Below are positions 59,130 to 64,000 of a DNA stretch of 64,000 nt, piece by piece. Location of the stretch: IMG/VR virus record IMGVR_UViG_3300028888_000057. One strand, given 5' to 3'. Position numbers and translations under genes: made by a program. The notes beneath the pieces are model-generated. The model was not told where the DNA came from. It saw only the letters and a list, made by a program, of their open reading frames with translations, and did no database searches. Positions within the stretch are counted from its first letter, which is position 1, and every line of letters starts with the position of its first letter. Origin of the DNA: a virus. Taxonomy: Duplodnaviria; Caudoviricetes.

Positions 59130-59639
59130 ATGAATATGGATGTAAAGAAAGGTTATCCAAACGTTCTGAGAGATTTTTCGTTTGGTTGGAGATACTATCT
59201 TACTCATCCACATAAGTGGATCAAAGAAATCATTATCAATATCAAGAACGGATGGCAAAGAGCAACAAGAGGATATTGCGATTCTGACTGGTTCAACATG
59301 GATCATTGGATGACCACCGTCTGGCCAAAGATGTTTCGGTCAATGGCTAAAGAAGGAATGGCTTACCCAGGAGCTGAACCATTTGAGACTGAAGAAAAGT
59401 GGCACGACTGGTTATTGCATGTTGCCGATGAACTTGAGAAGTGTACCGAAGAATATTGTGATTCTCAAAATGAGTATTATGATGCTTTTCTTAATCAAAG
59501 TTTCAAAGACGACAAAAGAGATAAGATACTCGATAAAAACTATATGAAGCGGGCCGAAGAATTGCAAACTGAAGCTCAGAAAAGAATCATTAAGATAATG
59601 TCAGAGATTGGAGAGAACTTCTATAGTCTCTGGGATTAA
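59130..59639 (+). CDS. hypothetical phage protein
   Basis: GAGGTG RBS; WQRA.RGY.D.D..F.SLWD. Confidence 0.65.
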   Translation: MNMDVKKGYPNVLRDFSFGWRYYLTHPHKWIKEIIINIKNGWQRATRGYCDSDWFNMDHWMTTVWPKMFRSMAKEGMAYPGAEPFETEEKWHDWLLHVADELEKCTEEYCDSQNEYYDAFLNQSFKDDKRDKILDKNYMKRAEELQTEAQKRIIKIMSEIGENFYSLWD

Positions 59640-59785
59640 GGAGTTGCATATGTTGTTTATTTCTATTTTATTGTCTGTATGGTTTGTCTGCTGGCTTTAT
59701 TTTGCAGTGAGAAATCTGAAAGCAAATGAAATCAGTATGATGGCCATAACGGACTTTGTGACTGCATTTTTCGAGGATGATAATA

Positions 59786-60328
59786 ATGAAGAAGATTCTC
59801 AAGAAGAAGAAAGTGAGGAATAAGACTGTGAACGCGGAAAAGGAATATATCGCTAAAGAAGGAGTAAGGCTGTCTTCTCCTTGGGTCGAATATTATAACC
59901 AACTGGAAGCTCTATTTGGACAAGATCCTGACATCAAGCTGGAGTATAACGAAGACGACTACAAAATCAAGATATTTGTTCATGGACACGACAAGGCTGA
60001 AGCTCTGCAGAAGTTAATCCCTGCTGAAAAGAGTTGGGGAGGCGTAAAACTCACTATCATTATCGTGCCAGACAACGAATCTTGCACTTCTGCCGATATC
60101 GTCCGTAAGGCTTTCGAAGGCAATCCTTTGTACGATCAGACGATTGTGATTCGTCCTGATGGAACTCTGAATCCATTCGGTTACGTATGCTTTAAGAAGG
60201 AAGTTCTTCAGTATTGGAATGACAATCTGGCAGATCCTCACGGAAACGTCAGCACGCTGGCCGAAAATGTTGCCAGAGAAATTCTGAATGTACAGGATGG
60301 TATTTTCTACTGCACCAGTCCTGATTAA
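59786..60328 (+). CDS. hypothetical phage protein
   Basis: LSSPW..LFG.DP..AF.GNP..V.F.KEV.QY..DNL.D; start uncertain. Confidence 0.6.
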   Translation: MKKILKKKKVRNKTVNAEKEYIAKEGVRLSSPWVEYYNQLEALFGQDPDIKLEYNEDDYKIKIFVHGHDKAEALQKLIPAEKSWGGVKLTIIIVPDNESCTSADIVRKAFEGNPLYDQTIVIRPDGTLNPFGYVCFKKEVLQYWNDNLADPHGNVSTLAENVAREILNVQDGIFYCTSPD

Positions 60329-60763
60329 TGAAATATGAAAAGAACACCTCAAAACTGTACGATTGCAGATAAGCTTTATGATCGTAACGACAAAGAAAGA
60401 TACATTGGAGATAAATGCGCCGGCATTAGACATTGGGATGATCAAGAGCCAATCGAAGTCTGTAAATCATGCAAACATTTTTGTCTATATGATGAAGATG
60501 AAGAACATCTATAATGCATAAATAGGAAAATAGTATATGGGACGCTTTGCCGTGATAAAGCCGTGGTACGAGGCTGTAAATATCGTATGGTGCAAAGCAC
60601 GGTATAGCTGTTGGCAGAAGGCTTGGTTATACCAAAGTGAGCAATGGCGGAATACCGATCGGAGGATTTCAAGAAACATCAGTATTCATTCGCATGATTG
60701 AGCAGATTAAAGCAGAGGCACTAACTTAAAACTGACAATAACTAAATCAGGAGGAAAAATATT

Positions 60764-60970
60764 ATGAAAGACACTATCGAAGCGAAGATCCGGGATCTTG
60801 TCAATCATATTATCAACAAACCAATAACCGAGGTGACGCTGGATGACTACACTATCCTCACGAATGAGCTGCGAGAGATTCACAATCAGGAATCTCAGGC
60901 AGCCAATGGACAGCGGATGGCTGAACTTATGGGTTTACTTGCTTCTAATTCTGTTGCAGCACCCAGATAA
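60764..60970 (+). CDS. hypothetical protein
   Basis: AGGAGG RBS. Confidence 0.55.
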   Translation: MKDTIEAKIRDLVNHIINKPITEVTLDDYTILTNELREIHNQESQAANGQRMAELMGLLASNSVAAPR

Positions 60971-61397
60971 TCTAGATGGTGGGCAACAAAGTAACTTAAG
61001 GATAAGAAGGATCTAAAATGTCTGTAATCATAACGCAGGAAAGGAAATCAAATATGAGTCGAGTTGTTATTATTGAAAAGAACAAAGATGGCAAAATTGA
61101 ACTTACAAAGGAAGAACTACAGAAGATGCTGGACGATGCTTATAATCAAGGATATGCTGATGGGAACAAAAGGTATGACACGATAACCTATCCGAGTCAG
61201 AGCTGGTTTACAACTGTAACGAGCAGCAATACGGTTCCGAAAAATAAATGTGATATCACTATGTAATGATCTCTTTAATCTGCTGGTATATGCTGGATGT
61301 CATTGGGCGGCATAGTGGTGACTTTCGGTGGCTCGGTTCGACTCCGGGGCTGTCCGTGACGCTAACATATATCGGTAAACCGTAATCTAAATAAAAC

Positions 61398-61648
61398 ATT
61401 GAGCGGTGGCGGAATAGACAGCCATCACTCCTGCGGAGAGTAAATAAGGACGTGGCTCTCAAACAAGTACACCTGATAACAGGGGCGCAGGTCACGGCAA
61501 AAGTAGACGCGTTACTCTTGGAAACACAGAAGGCTGGATATGCTCCGTAGTTTAACTTGAAAACACCTGAAATATGGATGAATTCCGGTTCGAATCCGGG
61601 CGGAGTAGAGTTCAGCGATTGTGAGGTGCAAATCCTCACCCGCTCAAT
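61398..61648 (+). ncRNA. expanded tRNA-like element, copy C (contains nested tRNA-like 61541-61607)
   Basis: ATTGAGCGG/CCGCTCAAT stem; shared T arm. Confidence 0.5.
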
Positions 61649-62040
61649 CTTAAAGTGGACGTTATAATGTAAAGGACACCATGAGTAAATTAACGAAGAT
61701 TGTCGGTTATCTTTTCTTTGGCGGGTGGGCGTTGATTGAAACAATACTCTATATTAAAGCCGTCATTGATTTTATAGCTGGACTTTAAATTCTTGTATAG
61801 CAAAGATGTGAACCAACATTAAATTTCGGCTGTTTTTTAACCTAATGTATATAGCGAAACAAACCAATATAAAATTTTGGCTAATTTTTAACGTAATGTA
61901 TTGCTGGTTAATAACCTTGGAGTACAGAAATGTCGTTAGGATACTGTATTGTAACAAATTTGATTTTTGAATTTATTTTTCTTATACAAATGTTGAAAGC
62001 AAAAAGCATAATGGAAAATTTTGCTTTATACACGTATTAA

Positions 62041-62236
62041 ATAATAGCGGTGGCGGAATAGGTAGACGTAAATACAAATTCACAGGGATGCAGCAGCAGA
62101 CGGTTGGCGGGCATGCGAGGGTTGAGACTACGCGCCGAAAAGCGGTACCAGTCGTAGAGGACGTAAAAACTCGGAACTGTGAAGAATAAAGCCCGTATGT
62201 GAGGTGATAGAAATTCAAATCCTCACCCGCTATTAT
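62041..62236 (+). ncRNA. expanded tRNA-like element, copy D
   Basis: ATAATAGCGG/CCGCTATTAT, GGCGGAATAGGTAGACG D arm, GTGAGG..CCTCAC. Confidence 0.5.
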
Positions 62237-62911
62237 GTTGTTTTTCATAACATTTTACACAAGCAAATAATAACCGACAATAAGCATAAATTACAAACAA
62301 TAAAGACTGTTGAAGATAGCATAAAGGAGATTATAAATGAATAAGGTCCTAATTGTAATAGATGCTCAAGAAGATTTTACGCGAGGTGGTAATATGATAC
62401 GATCATATAACAGATGTGAAGAATTGACAGACGATGCATATCTCATTACTGTTTGTCCAGTGTCTACAAATGGAGTCATTGAAAATTATTATGTATGTAA
62501 CGATTGTGCAGATAAAATTCGTACTTTTATAAAAATGGACGATCCTGATCAATGCGAATATAGTAGGCATCTTATAAGAAGACTTTCAGAATGTGAACGT
62601 AGAATTACTACTCTTGAAGCCAGATGCGTACTAAACAAGGAATAATGTATCAGAGCGTGGATAGGAAATGGCACAAAAAGGACTGGTGAAGTGGAAATGA
62701 CGGAATTTACAAGAGAATACAGGTTTGATGATCCTTTTATGCCTCCGATTATGTGTAGGCCTAATTGTTGTCTCTTTTGCGATAATTGTACTGATATTTA
62801 TTATGATTCAAAAGGGCCGTATGCAGTAATATGTTTAAAAGAAGGAAGCTTTAAAACGGGTATGTTTGGAAAATGTAGCATGTTTAGAGAGGAGGCTACA
62901 AAGAATTAGAA

Positions 62912-63280
62912 ATGAAAATATTGATTCTCTTTGCAATGATATTTGCTCATATTGTGGATGATTATTATCTGCAAGGTATTCTTGCCAAAATGAAGCAGAA
63001 GAAATGGTGGGAGGAAAATGCTCCGGACAAATTATATAGGCATGATTATATTACAGCACTAATCGCACATGCTTTTTCATGGAGCTTTATGATCACTGTC
63101 CCAACATTGTTTATCAGCACAAATTACATAACCATGTCGCTTTTCATAATAGTGAACACATTTATACATGCATATACAGATAATGCAAAGGCGAACAAGT
63201 ATTCTATCAATTTGATTGTTGATCAGATTTGTCACCTTGTTCAAATCATAGGAACATGGATTGCAATTGCACTGATTTAA
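62912..63280 (+). CDS. DUF3307-like membrane protein
   Basis: H..DDY.LQ..K..H..D..K..DQ..H. Confidence 0.75.
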   Translation: MKILILFAMIFAHIVDDYYLQGILAKMKQKKWWEENAPDKLYRHDYITALIAHAFSWSFMITVPTLFISTNYITMSLFIIVNTFIHAYTDNAKANKYSINLIVDQICHLVQIIGTWIAIALI

Positions 63281-63289
63281 TCTAAATCA

Positions 63290-63499
63290 TTACAATTCCC
63301 TGCGGGGATATTTCATGAATACATTATCCGCAAAATAATCATCTATACTATCTGCATGAATCAGTTCCATGTATACATTCATAGGCACATGGAAGAAGAT
63401 ATTTTCTTTTCCTGAAACAAATATTACATGGAGATTATAATCTTTTAGATCATATCCGACAGATAATATATTCTCTGCTTTAACTGAAATCATCTTCAT
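63290..63499 (-). CDS. KTSC-domain protein
   Basis: I.SVGYD..L.V.F.SG..VP..VY.EL..A.S..YF; AGGAG RBS; the only convincing minus-strand gene. Confidence 0.75.
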   Translation of the reverse strand: MKMISVKAENILSVGYDLKDYNLHVIFVSGKENIFFHVPMNVYMELIHADSIDDYFADNVFMKYPRREL

Positions 63500-63563
63500 A
63501 ACATCACTCCTGCTATAAGATTCGGCGGGAGTTTTCTTATGTCCTTCTGAAAGGAGAAATAAA

Positions 63564-63995
63564 ATGTTTGACGTTGACAATAAGAATCCCGTTACTTATA
63601 CTGCTGAACAGATGGCTGACATTGTCCGGCTTGCCACCCAGCAAGCCGTGTCAGCTGTCGTGAACCTTGATAATCGAATAGACGTTTCTTCAGAAAGAGA
63701 AGAAGAAATGAGCAGAATGAAACAACAAGTAACGGTTAATGGTGTTTCACGGTGGATAACTGGTGCTTCGATTCAAGATATGATGAATTCATATCTTGAG
63801 CTGTGTTTACAGCAAGGAATTGTTGCGCCAGCTATTGCATCTAAGAACAACTGTGCTAATAACACTCCATTGCTTGGTCGTTACATTGTGAACTTTAACA
63901 GGATCTACAAATCAAAACAGGAATCGCTAACGAAGGCATCAAGAAAAGGTATCACAGACAACCACATTATTCCGAAATGGGTGAAGTACCGCTAG
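63564..63995 (+). CDS. probable N-terminus of a tyrosine integrase (frameshifted or truncated at window end)
   Basis: Ends in a SAM-like segment ..DNHIIPKW; alternative frame continues GEVPLDN. Confidence 0.45.
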   Translation: MFDVDNKNPVTYTAEQMADIVRLATQQAVSAVVNLDNRIDVSSEREEEMSRMKQQVTVNGVSRWITGASIQDMMNSYLELCLQQGIVAPAIASKNNCANNTPLLGRYIVNFNRIYKSKQESLTKASRKGITDNHIIPKWVKYR

Positions 63996-64000
63996 ACAAT

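Noticed and set aside
60540-60720. Possible riboswitch or ncRNA (GCTTTGC/GCAAAGC and GGTATAGC/GTTATACC stems)
   Set aside because: Stems are present but no family is recognisable; too weak to call

Overview
64 kb of a large dsDNA bacteriophage, probably infecting a Firmicute. Nearly all genes are on the + strand with GGAGG-type ribosome-binding sites, and no virion structural genes are present, so this looks like the early/middle and replication half of the genome. Core content: two single-subunit DxDGD (YonO/RdRP-like) RNA polymerases, DnaE-type DNA polymerase, a T7-gp4-like primase-helicase, Sak-like recombinase, four SSBs, RNase H, RuvC, ThyX, RNA ligase, two tRNA clusters with many non-canonical tRNA-like RNAs, two group I introns with homing endonucleases (both splice junctions reconstructed), and an IscB/omegaRNA element. 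Two candidate under-described systems stand out. (1) 18.7-20.9 kb: a lone RAMP/Cas7-like gene plus a partner gene, embedded in about 1 kb of non-coding 5-nt (ACA-like + variable NN) repeats organised into five G.U-containing RNA hairpins. In one unit the NN dinucleotides, read as codon positions 1-2, spell an SNF2-like Walker A motif, suggesting a gapped-guide RNA-targeting system. (2) 26.4-32.7 kb: a phage ubiquitin-like operon (Ubl, E2-like, JAB, E1/ThiF) running directly into a structured ncRNA and a retron-like reverse transcriptase. All calls come from motif reading by eye; no database searches were run.
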